From assembly GCA_002189035.1 (NCBI GenBank), contig CM007990.1, forward strand, positions 5,580,001 through 5,644,000: a stretch of DNA of 64,000 nt, in the 5' to 3' direction. The notes below the pieces were generated by a model. That model was not told the origin of the DNA. It saw nothing but the letters and a program-made list of their open reading frames with translations, and did no database searches. Within the stretch, counting starts at the first letter, position 1, and each line of letters begins with the position of its first letter. A program made the translations under genes and the position numbers. Positions 12,540 through 24,860 of this stretch are shown piece by piece. Source of the DNA: Utricularia gibba. Taxonomy: Eukaryota > Plantae > Magnoliophyta.

Positions 12540-12932
12540 ATGCAAGGCGCAGTGTGCATAGAGAAGACAACAACGCCTAGGTCTGATGCGGTGATCACTC
12601 CAGGCAAGGCTCTTGTAGTGTTATCCATTCTCTGCAGATTGGTGAAGAGGATGCTCAAGGCGCTCCGCAGTTCAGAGTTCAGTGTCCCGAAGGGGAAGGC
12701 CGCCGTGTATGTTGGTCAGAAGGATGGTGAATTCCAGAGGGTCTTGGTTCCTGTAGCCTACTTGAACCATCCCTTGTTCAAGGACTTGTTGAAGGAATCA
12801 GAAAACGAGTACGGGTTCGTTTATTCCGGAGGGGTTGCAATTCCTTGCGGGATCGCCTACTTCGAAGGTGTTCTGTGGCGCATAAAGAAGGGAAGTTCAG
12901 AAGCATGGGGTTACCGGGGCAGGCTCAAGTGA
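12540..12932 (+). CDS. SAUR36: Small auxin-up RNA protein, SAUR36-like, intronless
   Basis: VPKGKAAVYVGQKDGEFQRVLVPVAYLNHPLFKDLLKESENEYGF..GGVAIPC. The VGQKDG..RVLVP segment is typical of the SAUR36 subgroup. CCTATAA lies ~50 nt upstream. Start codon uncertain (12540 or 12651). Confidence 0.85.
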   Translation: MQGAVCIEKTTTPRSDAVITPGKALVVLSILCRLVKRMLKALRSSEFSVPKGKAAVYVGQKDGEFQRVLVPVAYLNHPLFKDLLKESENEYGFVYSGGVAIPCGIAYFEGVLWRIKKGSSEAWGYRGRLK

Positions 12933-13235
12933 CAGAATCAACCAGGAAGGCATCTGCTGTAGTACTGGGACTGTTACCTAAATAAGGATGCTCCCAGCAC
13001 TTATAAATATCAGTTGTAAAAACTTGAGCACTTGATCTTCCTCCAAGTCGCTGAGGAATAGTATATAACAATTTTGCTTCTCCCAAGTTTTGAGTTTTTA
13101 CATTTCAGATTTCTCTCTGCTTTGACTTCAATGGCTCAGTTCTTTGCCTACTCAATAATAGATCGGTTCTGATATGCAATACTTTGGATCCATTGGTAAA
13201 GCATCATATGAAAGGAAGAAAGAGTAGTGAGTTCT

Positions 13236-14515
13236 TCAATCTGTTACATGGACAGGAGTAGGATACACTTTGGATGGAATGACGGTGTCACCAATCCAGA
13301 ACCCAGGCATCACCATCAGGCCTACTTTTGGTTTTGGGTCCTCATCTTTTGTGGTGAAGTTCTTGATGACACTTTGCATATAAACCTCTGAATACTCCGC
13401 ATCTCGTTTTACCTGAAATACCTTCACAGGGGGTCAAAAGAATGTGCCAAGCGATGGAGAAGCCAGATGGATTTGGCTAGTTTCAAATACGCCTGATAAA
13501 ATGTCGTTCTTGGATGCCCACCTCTATTAATGAAGTTCCTGTGGTCCAAATTACCAAAGAATGATCCTTCCATTTTCTCGTGGACTACCAGGATGTACTT
13601 GGCCTGACAGAATTTTCCGAAGGATGAATCTGTGCTTGAGCATACGGCATCCAGAGGGTCAGCATCCCTCAGGGCCAGATACTGCTGAAAGAAGCTTTCT
13701 TTGGTTTCAGGTGGATTCTCCTGCACTAGCGAGAAACTTGCATCTTGGAACCCGATAAACATTTTCTGGCAAATATGTGATTCAAACGCATATTTCTTGT
13801 GAGACCTTTTAGCATAAGTTACACCTGGATCGATGGCATTCGCTGCTCCATCCAGATCCCAATCAGCAGCCTTCATCATGTTTATCAATGGTTTGGAGAA
13901 ATCATGGACCGCCCTAGAAGCATCCTCTAATGCTAACTTAAAAAGATCAAAATTTAACTCCACTGACGGATGTCCTGGTTCATCACCAATTCCTTCGGAG
14001 TCTATTGCTGACAAGCCCCTGAGTTTCAGGTTTTTCTCAAGCTTCAGTTTTTTCTGAGTTGCATCTTGAATTTGCTGCTCCAGCTGAAGAATCTCGGAGT
14101 CTTTATTTTGAATTTCAGATTGAAATTTTTTAACCATCACTTCATACGTCTTCAATAAGCTCTGCTGTTCCTGAATCTCAACTGCTAATCGGGAATCTTG
14201 GGGAGAGATACAAAAAGGCCTGGGGTTATGTTCTCTATAGAAGTGCTTTAGCTCGGATAAATTCTTAAGCTCTGCCACCACAAGCTTATCAGCAGCTTGG
14301 ATCTTTTCAGGATCATAGGGAGTGTGAGCAGCTTGAAGTTGCATGTAAGCAGTTTTCAAGGCCGAGATGTTTGCGAATATCCTTGAGATTAAGGTTTCCA
14401 TAGCTTCAGGATTCTGATACTTTGCGTCTTCCATTGGTTGCGGGTGAACCTTTTGGTTGCTGTTATCACGAAGTTGGTTATCTTTCACTCCACTGTGTTG
14501 CATTTCTACAGTCAT
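13236..14515 (-). CDS. DUF641 / GIL1-IRKI family coiled-coil protein; one apparent frameshift
   Basis: ORF 14515-13424 (ISALKTAYMQLQAAHTPYDPEKIQAAD...KYAFESH...LAKSIWLLHRLAHSFDP) continues as VKVFQVKRDAEYSEVYMQSV...VGLMVMPGFWIG (13427-13236) if G5 at 13429-13433 is G6. Confidence 0.85.
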
Positions 14516-15399
14516 ACAGAAGATTTACCTACAAGAGAAGTGCTGCAAGGAGAAACATTACAAAAATTAAGAATTTACAGAAATACAAGCCAAATCTACG
14601 AATCAGGAGTGAATTCTATAGCCCTATCCACTAAAGGGCGGTAAAAAAAAATCTCAAAGCCTATAATATTCCTTCTCAAGAGGTTGCTGAAACCTATCAA
14701 TTCCCACCCTTCTCACAAGAATACATCTTCAGAGCACATTATTCGCCATTTTCAAGAGCGCAACAGAAGAAAGTGAAACCTTGATGAAGAAATACTACCC
14801 ACATTTTCCCGAATAATTGCTTGTCCTCCAATTCACCCCTCATTCGAACTCACACTATCAAAATATTAAAAAATTTCAACTTTGAAGTTGGGCACAGTCC
14901 CAATCCCATATTATAACTGACCCAGTTGACCCAAAAGTCAAACCAAATGAATTCCCAGAAAACAAAAACCCTAAAAAATCGAAAAAACACCACCACGAAC
15001 AACTCAAAGTCGGAATCCCGAAATGTACCCAGCCAAGAAAGCAAACCTCAGCATTAGGTAGCAGAAGGCAAGGATTGGAGCTGATCCTGATGAAGAAGAC
15101 AAGACATAGCAGTGTTGCTGTGGCTGTTCCCGACGCAGAGCACGCGCTTCCACTTTTACATTTTTTTTTTAAAAAAATCATCTGTAGATTAGTAGGCTTT
15201 CGTGGTGGGCCTGGCCCGCGACTGGTTCCGAACCGAACCGGAACTGCGGTTCCGATTTGAACCGATTTCAACTCTACTCTATGGTGCCACGACAGTTCAT
15301 TTCTCTAGATGGCAGCCATTGATCACAGCCTGTGATCCCTCGTTTTAGACAGACAACAAGAAATGGTTTTCTTGCAATGCACTGATTCATGTCTGTCTT

Positions 15400-17246
15400 C
15401 TACTTACAGTTTTCAAGAGTATAAGCTTCCTGATCACCAAGAAGATCAGACACGCCCCCAGCAAAGAACTCATGCACCGTCCCCTCAAGTTCAATCCAGC
15501 TGCAGCCAGGGATTTTATCCATATCCTGTTGCTTCATCACCTTCCTGAGCTTCCTCACGTAGTCCCAGTAGCCGAATCGAGCGTACATGTTCGACACCAG
15601 TATGCGAGAGCCAGGACTATAAGATGCATCTCCAATCAGATGGTGGGCAAGTTGTTCTCCAGTGTGGAGCTTCCCATGGTTTATGCATCCGCTGAGCAGA
15701 GTTCGCCAAATAACATCGTTTGGTGGAATGGGCATTTCCTGGACAAACTTTGACGCCTCTTCCACGAAGCCTGCTCTGCTAAGAATGTCAACCATGCACC
15801 CATAATGTTGCAACTTGGGCACAATCTTGTGGAATCGCCTCATTAGCTCAAAGCAGATAATGCTTTCCTTCACCATTCCTGAGTGTCCGCAGGCATGCAA
15901 AACTACGATAAATGTGATATCATCGGGTTCAACTGAAAGCCTTTCCATGTTCATAAACAAATCGAAAGCTAGATCACCATAGCCATGAATGGCCAAGCCA
16001 CCGATGATAACATTCCAGTGATCAACACTTTTATCTGGGATGCCTTCAAAAAGGTGCATGGCTTTGTCTATGTCACCACATTTGGCGAACAAGTCAATGA
16101 GCGCAACCCCAAGTTTTCCTCCGACGATGAATCCATGTTCCTCCATAAAACGATGAATTGAAAGGCCAACATCGATGCAACCCAAATGAGCAGCCGCTGA
16201 GAGAGCAGTCAACAAGGTCACATGGTCTGGTGTAAAGTTAGCTGAATTCCCCAGCATGTCATGAAACACTTTGAGCGCCTCCTGATAATATCCGTTATTC
16301 ACATATCCAGAGATCATGGCGTTACAGGAAATGACATCCCTCTTGGGCATTGTATCGAAAATAGCTCTAGCGGCAGTCAAATTTCCTATTCTCGAGAAGC
16401 CATTCACCATGCTGGCCCAACTCACTATATCCTTTTCTGGCATCTTCTCAAATAGGCCCTCGGCCAGATACATTTTCCCGGCCCTTGCACATAAATCAAT
16501 CATAAGATTCCAGGACACCAAATCTCTCTTTGGCATTTTATCGAAAAGATCTTGCGCATCCCCATACCCGTCTTCTAATCTCATGCAGCAAGCTATCATT
16601 GTGTTCCAAGAAACAACGTTCTTCAAATGTTGGGGCATAGTATCAAACAACTCCCTGGCCAAGCTCACCTTTTTACACTTAGCATACCCACCAATCAACA
16701 AATTATACGAAAAAGAATCCTTTTTAGGCATTCTCTCGAAAACTAGTCGCCCGAATTCAATCATCCCACAGTTTATGTACATGAGGATCAAGCAATTTTG
16801 CAAAATCACCCGCGAAAAGAGTTTTAATTTGCAAACCAACCCATGAATCTGCCTTCCTTCATCCATTAGCCCCAGTTTCGAACAAGCCTTCAGCATTAAT
16901 GACACCGTGTATTCATCCACTAAAACCCCCTCACAAGCATTAAAACAAACACCTGCAACGCGCTCCTCAGTTCTCCCCCCTGTAACATAGACCGTATAAT
17001 GGCGTTCCACAAGAATGTATCCCTGAAACCATACTCAAAAAGGAGAAGTCTTGCAAAATCAGAACATGGTTTGTGGGGCGAAAATGCCAAATCAACCAGC
17101 ATCTTCCCGGTCAGCGACTTGTTCTGTATATGCCCAGTGGTGATCAAATTCGCATGCAGCTGATTCACTTCCATCTCTGTTTTGCATTTTGAGGCAAACA
17201 CAGGCAAATAACTCCATTGCTGTACGGGATTCACCATGCAGAGCAT
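15400..17246 (-). CDS. CRR4: PLS-E class PPR protein, CRR4-like plastid ndhD start-codon editing factor; one apparent frameshift
   Basis: Intronless. Colinear with my recollection of CRR4: FLWNAIIRS, KNVVSWNTMI, GGKLGVALID, KSVDHWNVIIGGLAIHG, FELMRRFHKIVPKLQHYGCMVDILSR, PNDVIWRT, KIPGCSWIELEGTVHEF; no DYW domain. The two ORFs join as MLVRGVLVDEY if C5 at 16926-16930 is C6. Confidence 0.85.
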
Positions 17247-17324
17247 CGCACCTCAAGGTGAACCCGTTGATAGGCTCCATTCAAAATATCTAGCAGCGTC
17301 TGTGGAAGCCGTTTGCCTTTACAC

Positions 17325-17419
17325 TGGGCCATAATTACCCAGAATTTGGGCCCTTTTCAGACACAATAAACAAACGGGTCAGACCCATTAATAGGCCAAT
17401 AGGGCCTCGCTTTTGGGCC
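17325..17419. promoter_or_regulatory. Site II (TGGGCC) cluster in the divergent CRR4 / LRR-RLK promoter
   Basis: TGGGCC at 17325, 17347 and 17414, within ~170 nt of the CRR4 ATG. Site II motifs are class I TCP sites common in organellar-function genes. Confidence 0.55.
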
Positions 17420-17917
17420 TTCTCTAAATCCGACGATGCACGTGAACATTTGAAAAAAGGGCGCCTCGGAATGCTAAACGAGATTCAAAATATTATATTT
17501 TATACATTTTTTTTTACGAAAATAAAAAACAAAATCGCACGACTTCAAGTCATGTCATATCGTTACCACAGATGGATGCTGCGGAACAGTTCCGATCACG
17601 TGACGGTCGACCGGAAATATGTTCACTTCCAGGCCACCGGCTCAAGGCCAATTTTGAAAACTCGCTACGTAGCAGCACAGTGTATAGTCAAATTTATTTA
17701 CTACTGTAAGGAGAGCGTCACCCATTGCCTGAAATGTTACAGCAGGAGAAGCTGAAGTTTGAAAATTTCTGTGTGGTCCACTACTTGTGGGTATTTCTTT
17801 CTTTTTTCCTTTTCTTCTCTTTTTGAAGAAGATCAAGCACAACCTGCAAAGGTGATAGGTAGCTTTCTTTCAAAAGCCAGCTTGCCCGCCACTGAGTTGA
17901 TCCAGAGCTCGGAAGAA

Positions 17918-20418
17918 ATGGCTTTGTTCCCTTGTCTTCTTGCTTTCTTCCTCACCTTGCTCCTCTTCCTTCCATTGGCTGAACCATTCCCAGAGGCCAA
18001 CCTGAGTACTCTCTCACGTTTAATGACCATTAAATCTTCATTAGACCCTGGAAACCGCATCCTAACCTCATGGTCACGTAATGCAACTGACCCATGTGAT
18101 GGTTCTTTTGAAGGAGTTTTCTGCAACCAGAATGGCCAAGTTACCAACATCTCTTTGCAGGGGAAAGGGCTTTCTGGGAAAATCCCAGTTGAGATTAGCC
18201 ATCTCAGAAGCTTATCTGGATTGTACTTGCATTTCAATCATCTTCAAGGGTTCGTGCCGAGGGAGCTTGCTAACTTGACTGAGCTCACTGATTTGTACCT
18301 GAATTTCAACAAGCTTACTGGTCATATACCTCCTGAGATTGGCTATATGCCTAATCTTAATGGTCAGTTTCTCTTTTTCTGAAGTTTGCAGAGAGAGTTT
18401 TAATGCTTTGAACCATTCTAATCTCCAGGTTGCTTGTGGCGAAGTGGTCCATAGTTCACTTTTTTCTTAGTTTTCTGCACCAACTTGTTAATGATTCAAT
18501 AGTTACAGCCTTGTTGCATCAGGGAAGCTTCAGAAATAGCAGACCTTAATTTCTGGAGCAAACTTTTCTTCTTGACTGTCGATTCTTTCCCCATGTAGTT
18601 GCTTTGACTTGCTGCAAATGATGCTCACATATGATGGTTTTGTGATCATGCAGTGTTGCAACTTTCTTACAACAGCCTCACTGGAAACATACCCTCACAG
18701 CTTGGACTTTTGAAGAACCTCAGTGTTCTTGCTCTGCAATCAAACCATTTAGTTGGTGCGATTCCGGCGAGTCTTGGTGAGTTACCCTCGCTAACCAGGC
18801 TTGACTTGAGCTTTAATCGGCTCTTTGGTTCGATACCACTGACATTGGCTGGCCTAACAAAACTCCAAGTTTTGGATATCACAAATAACTCTCTTTCAGG
18901 CAATGTTCCACAAGGTACCTTCATGGTTTTCTTTCTTTTTCTCCAATGGAATGAATTGGATCACTTTGAGCAGGTAACCTAATGATCTTTCCAATTTCAC
19001 TGAAGATTTGAAGGAACTGGGAGAAGGGTTTAAGTACTCAAACAACGCTGGTTTGTGTGGGATTGGTTATTCTTCTTTGGTGGCCTGCTCTGCATCAGGC
19101 AAGAACTCCAAGAATGCACAACCATTTGGGACCGATCCTACTCACCCACCATTCAAAGACATTACTGAACCAGCAGACTTCCAGCAAAAAAGACGGAAGG
19201 AGCCTCTGAATTTCCTGCCGTTGCTTCTGATCGGTTTTCTTAGCCTACTTGTTTCTCTTGCAATTGTAGGACTACTTACATTCACCCATTACCGAAGGAT
19301 GACGCGGAGAATTGCAACTGCTCATGCTTCTAGCGTCGGACAGCCAAGTACTGATGAGATCATAGAGGTTTACAGGAGAAATGCATCTCCTCTCATTGGG
19401 AGTGAGCATTCAAATGGATGGTATCCACTGTCCAAGAGACAAGAAGTTGGTATATTCTCCCAGGAATTCCTTGAAGGATATATGTTCAATCTGGAGGAAG
19501 TTGAGTCTGCAACTCAGTACTTCTCTGATGCAAACTTACTTGGTAAGGGTAGCTTTTCATCCACCTACAAGGGGTTACTGCGGGACGGATCAACCGTGGC
19601 AATCAAGTGCATTTCCAAGATTAGTTGCAAGTCTGATGCTGATGAGTTCCTTGATGGTCTAAAGCTTCTCATCTCTTTGAGGCATGAGAATCTTTTGGGA
19701 CTGAGAGGCTTCTGCTGCTCCAAGGATAGAGGAGAATGCTTCCTCATTTACGACTTCGCCACCAATGGCAACTTATCTCAGTATCTTGATGTAAAAGAAG
19801 GTAAGCAAAAGGTTCTCGACTGGAGCACAAGGAAGTCCATCATCAGGGCAATTGCCAAAGGTTAGCTGAATCATTGTCTCCACTTCATCTTGAGGAGGGA
19901 AAATTTTCATAGTTTCCTTGTCGTTCTCTTGAGCAGGGATTGACTACTTGCATGGAAGCTACAATAACAAAGCTAGATTGGTCCACAGAAACATATCAGC
20001 TGAAAAGATCCTGATTGACAAGAACTACAACCCTTTGCTCTCGGATGCCGGCCTTCATGAGCTGTTAGCTGATGATTTAGTATTCACAACACTGAAGTGC
20101 AGTGCTGCATTGGGGTATCTAGCTCCTGAGTATACATCTACTGGGCGCCTCACAGAAAAAAGTGATGTTTATGCCTTTGGGATGATCATATTTCAAATCT
20201 TGTCTGGGAAAAGCAGGATCACTGAGTTGATTTCTCATGGAGCAGTGATAATGAGGTTCGAGGACTTCATCGATGAGAATCTTGCAGGAAACTTCAAGGA
20301 ATCAGAAGCCTCCAGGCTTGGAGAAGTTGCACTTCTTTGCACTCACGAGCTGCCTGATCTCAGGCCCCGGATAGGGGCCCTGATGCAAGAACTTGAAGAC
20401 ATCACTGTCAATTCTTGA
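17918..20418 (+). CDS. LRR receptor-like kinase
   Basis: Exons 17918-18362, 18654-18914, 19006-19860, 19937-20418. Signal peptide, LRR N-cap (LTSW...DPCDGSFEGVFC), LRRs, TM (LLLIGFLSLLVSLAIVGLLTF), kinase with HRNISAEK in place of HRD and DAG in place of DFG, GYLAPEY. Confidence 0.92.
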
Positions 20419-20737
20419 AACAAGATTTTCAGATGGGAGCAAGTGAATTCTATCTGATAGCTCTAGACGACTCAAGAAGTCGTCACTTTGTCTCATGGAG
20501 CAAGCTTCCCTCATGTGTGCTTACCAAATTCCGTAATTGATGCATCCATAATTTTCAAAATGATGATCATTCGTCATAAACAAACAATTAAAATATAATT
20601 GACTAAAACAGCATTTAAAATGAAAAGGTTGAACATAATAGAAAACAAATAATTTTTAAAAGGAAGACTGCATGTTTCATTACAAACGAGGCTATTCACG
20701 AGCTATGAAAGAAGAAACTAACGCGGGCTGTTTCAAA

Positions 20738-23700
20738 CTAGAAAAGCGGCTTACAATGTGATCTGGACTGGGAAAAAGCAGCTCTTCTTTCCTCGTAAGA
20801 ATACTCAAGCTCCTGAGGACCTTCAACTGGCAACCTCAGCAGTTCAGAATAGAGCCATACCTCTATTACTTTAAAATAGAAAAATTCATTTTATACCATA
20901 CCTGGAGTGAAGGGAGTTGTGGCTGTTCGCATTGCAGCTGATACGGTTGGAGGAGTATCTGACGCTGAAATTGGCAGTTTCTGAGGTGTTGGCTTCTCAT
21001 TGTTGGACATAGTTTTCAGTGGAGTGTTCTGGTTCGGAAAGTTGTAGGAAATGATGTTGGAGGATGAAAAAGGAAGAGGAGAGAGAGCTTTCCTCTGAGG
21101 TAAGATTTCAGAGACAGTTGCATCCTCAAAATCCAGTTTGGCGGATTCACCAGGGGGGTATTTAATGCCTGTTCAACAAGGAAGACAGGATCATCTATCC
21201 GAATATGTAGTCGAACACTAACTGAAAACATGAAATAGTCCAAACAATCAATCTAAAAATAACACAAACGCTTACCAGTAGGACGGGGCATGGAATCGGT
21301 TTCATGAATGCTTTGAGGCATCTGCCTGTTTACGGGCCTGCTCTTTAGAAGGGAATGGGAAGGAACTGATGCTTTATCTGCAAGTTTCTTTTGAAGCGCT
21401 GCACCTCCCACTGAGAGCCTCTTGTCAGTTGTAGCCGTCATTAAAGAAGGCTTGAAATTCTTGGTTGTACTCCTGGTTGGGGTGGGCTTTGCTCCATACA
21501 TAGCTTCTTGCTCCACAATTAACTGTCCCTGGACCTTTTTCTGGTCCTAAGGTCATACAAGAATACAAAAATTGCTCCACGTAAGATTCTAATAGATTCA
21601 CTTCATGCTCGAGAAAATAGCCGGTATACCCTTTGCCGTTGCCGTTCTTGTTCCTTCAGGCGCTTCAGCTCGTTGTACCGGTCAAGCATTGAGGTAAGAC
21701 TATCCTGTATCATGGTAATTGTTAAAGTGAACTCCATATTTAGGGAAGAAATGCGCTTATGACCAACGGCTGCACTCTGTTAAAAGAAACAAAAAGTTCG
21801 TACGTTATCAAATAAGAATTTTTTGTTTCTTTCTTCCTCCCAAGTTTTTGCCTTTGATTTCAGAGCCTCGACCATTCCTGTAGATAAAAATTTTTCACTA
21901 ACATAAACGTTATTATGTAGAAATGCACAAAAAAAATGAAATAGGAAGGAAACAACTAGCTTGCCTGGAATTTTCTTTACAATCACTCGAGCTTTCTCAG
22001 CGCGCTTCAGCACAAGATGTGAACCTCTTCCAGCACAATATCGATTGTCATCCTACATTTGAGTAGCAGTTAAAAGGGGAAGGTATGATGATGAAGAAGA
22101 GGGTGGAGGAAACAATTCCCAGGACTGAAATTGCTTGCCAAGAAAAGTCACACTAACCCTATTGTACTCCTCCAACCAGCATTCTTCTTCACAAGCAGTC
22201 AGCCATTTCTTGACCCTCTCAAGAATTTCTTCTCTGCTGGAAGCCTCTTCTTTGGCGCTTGAAATTGCTAGGTCTAATTTTTCAAGAAGCTCGCTTACAT
22301 CAACAGCACCTTCAATCCAACAAGTTGAAGGTACAAGCTGTAGATTTAGCTCATTGAGAATAAATATTATTTTTTCACACTAGACAGTGATGGTACATGA
22401 TTGCATACTGCCTCTGATTTTTTTTTTTTTTTTTCTAAAGGAAACCACCACAATGCAAAGCATGTTGCACTTATGCTCAGCGCCCAATACAGAAAATCTG
22501 CATACCTGAATCTACAGCCTCCAAGGAAAGTTCAGTAAAGAATACGTCGTCAATAACCATGTGTGCTTCTTGACATACTTGCTCAAGAATCACTCTTTTC
22601 TTCAAAAAGACCTCCCTAATTTTCTTTATTTTCAGTTCTTGAAGCCGCAGAACCTCTATTGCAGCCTGAAGATTTTGCACAATGAGATCATATACTGATT
22701 TTTACAGGAAAATTAGAGACACGGAAGACATACATTGTCTATGAACTCAAGAGATAGACAGTGAGGTTCTGTCACTTCATTCTCTGAAGCAGAAATACTC
22801 AGAGCCACTTTTTGAAAACTTTGCTGCTCCTGGACTGGTGTATCCATCAAATTCCAAAGTTCCACCATGGTAATCGCCAGATCTTGAAGCTGGATATAGT
22901 AAATATGAGACCTACGAACCTGTAATTTATAAAGAACTTGAACTGATGATAAGTCTACCTTTTTAAGTCGCTGTAACTTTACATCCCTAAGCCGGCACAC
23001 GGTATCTGATAAACTTTTTAGCGTCTCCACAGTTATACTTTTGGTACAAGATGTTTCCTCCAAAGATGGATGAATATCACGAATTGTTTCCTTAAAATCC
23101 ATTCCAAGCACTAAGCAAAGAGATTTTACAGCATGAATTTTATCGTTCACTTGTTTCACCCGCTCATCCTGTGCCAAAATACATTGAATCCCATTAGATG
23201 CAGGATCGGTTAAAGGAACTTGAACGCAGAGACTTTCAAGAAAGTATGAAATGTAAACATTTAAAATCTGCACCCAGATCTGTCATAGATCTCAATGTTA
23301 GCAACGTTAGAAAGGAGAGACAACTGCACCTTCTCTTTCTGGAGCAACAGTAACTTATTTTGGAGATCCTCCAGTCTTTTACTTGATAAGTCACTCTCCT
23401 TAAAGATTGTATTAACGTTCATTTCCGTGGATCCAGAGAGCTCCTTGGAAATGCTGCTTATTTGTTTATGAACCTCTAAAAATTGAGTCTTCCTTTCATC
23501 TCTTCTCTGTTTCATAACTTCCAGATGAGGAGTGATTGCCTGAAGTTCTTTTTTCAAGGTCCCAGATATCTGTTCAAGCAGCCATCTTAGCATAAAAAAT
23601 CATTTTTTAAGTTGTCTTTTTATTATCATCGCCATATCTTACCTTTTCCCCATACCCTTGACTATCGCCAAGCGCGGCAGCAATACCTGCTATCTGCGCT

Positions 23701-23971
23701 TCAGCCTCAGCAACCGCTTGCCTCAACTGAGCACGGACGCGTCTCGCCTGATCCACTTTCCTTTTATACGCGCCCAAGCACTCTTGCTCAAGATCATACA
23801 ACAATCTATCCCTTTCAGCGTCGTCCTCCCCAATTTCATCCCATATTTTCTGAAAAATACAGCAATGTTCAAATTAAAAAGAAAAAGATATCCACGAGGT
23901 CAGATTCAGCCCAAAACCCCATTAAAACATACCTGCAACTCCGCTAGAAGAGAACTACAAGTCGTTTCCAT
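20738..23971 (-). CDS. MAP65: Microtubule-associated protein MAP65 (MAP65-3/4/9-like)
   Basis: [13 protein letters not shown]|KIWDEIGE...[40 protein letters not shown]|[30 protein letters not shown], terminal [13 protein letters not shown]. Multi-exon, GT-AG. The start is preceded by an acceptor AG, so an upstream exon is possible. Confidence 0.88.
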
Positions 23972-24860
23972 CTGCAAATATTCAACGAAACACAAATTTT
24001 AATATATCTACATCACAAAATGAACACGTATCGTCGCAATTGGCCGGACCGTTCTCATACCGCCTCCCATCGAGGATCAAGAGAATAGAAGAACCAACCT
24101 GAAACTGAATCAGACTGGAGTATTTCAAGAATTTCAGAGAACCAGCACCTCAACGTGTAACGCCCGACGCTAGAGCTGTGGGACTGAACGGAATCAAATC
24201 GAAGCTCACTTGGGAGGGAAGCCAACTTAAAAAAGAACGGTCCCCGTCCCCGAGATTTGAATACTCTTTAATTCCTATTTTTATTTTATAATAAAAAATG
24301 TAACCGTTACGGCTTTTCTTATTGGGCCACGTTTCGATCCACCCGCACAAAGCCCGACAACACCTACTTTCAATATAGTTACGGAATTTAGAAATAAATT
24401 TAAAATATCTTTTTTTTGTTTTTTAGTTATAATCTATTTTTAGCAATTATTATTATAAAACAAAAATACATTAAAAAATAGAATTTCAGTCATTTTCCAG
24501 ACCACGTCTCCATTGGATTGATTTGTCGTCATATCCATGTACGGCAAGTCACAACAGCCAACGCCGGCGAAGTTTCGCTGGATTTCGCTGACGATTGTCT
24601 CATTACTCTATCTAATCCGAAGCAGCCAGGATGCTGGGTTCTCCCGTCTTCGTCACCCCAACTGGGAATCTTTTTTTTTATTTGTGTGACCAACTCCACA
24701 TGGATCTTGGTAATGAATTATTACAATAGGGATAATGTTTCAACCACCCAGTTGCCTTCCGACTAGTCGCGAGCTGCATTTTCCGACTGACTTTCAATGT
24801 ATGAGTCTCTTTTATTGAGCTTAAAATACACCTGAGTTCTTGCTTCTACGTATCCCTATA

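Noticed and set aside
16316-16846. Long antisense ORFs (e.g. 16316-16846, 36766-37269, 17833-18237)
   Set aside because: Shadows of real coding exons on the opposite strand, with no independent homology.
17759-17917. N-terminal ORF extension of the LRR-RLK
   Set aside because: Starts at a non-ATG codon; the signal peptide begins at ATG 17918.
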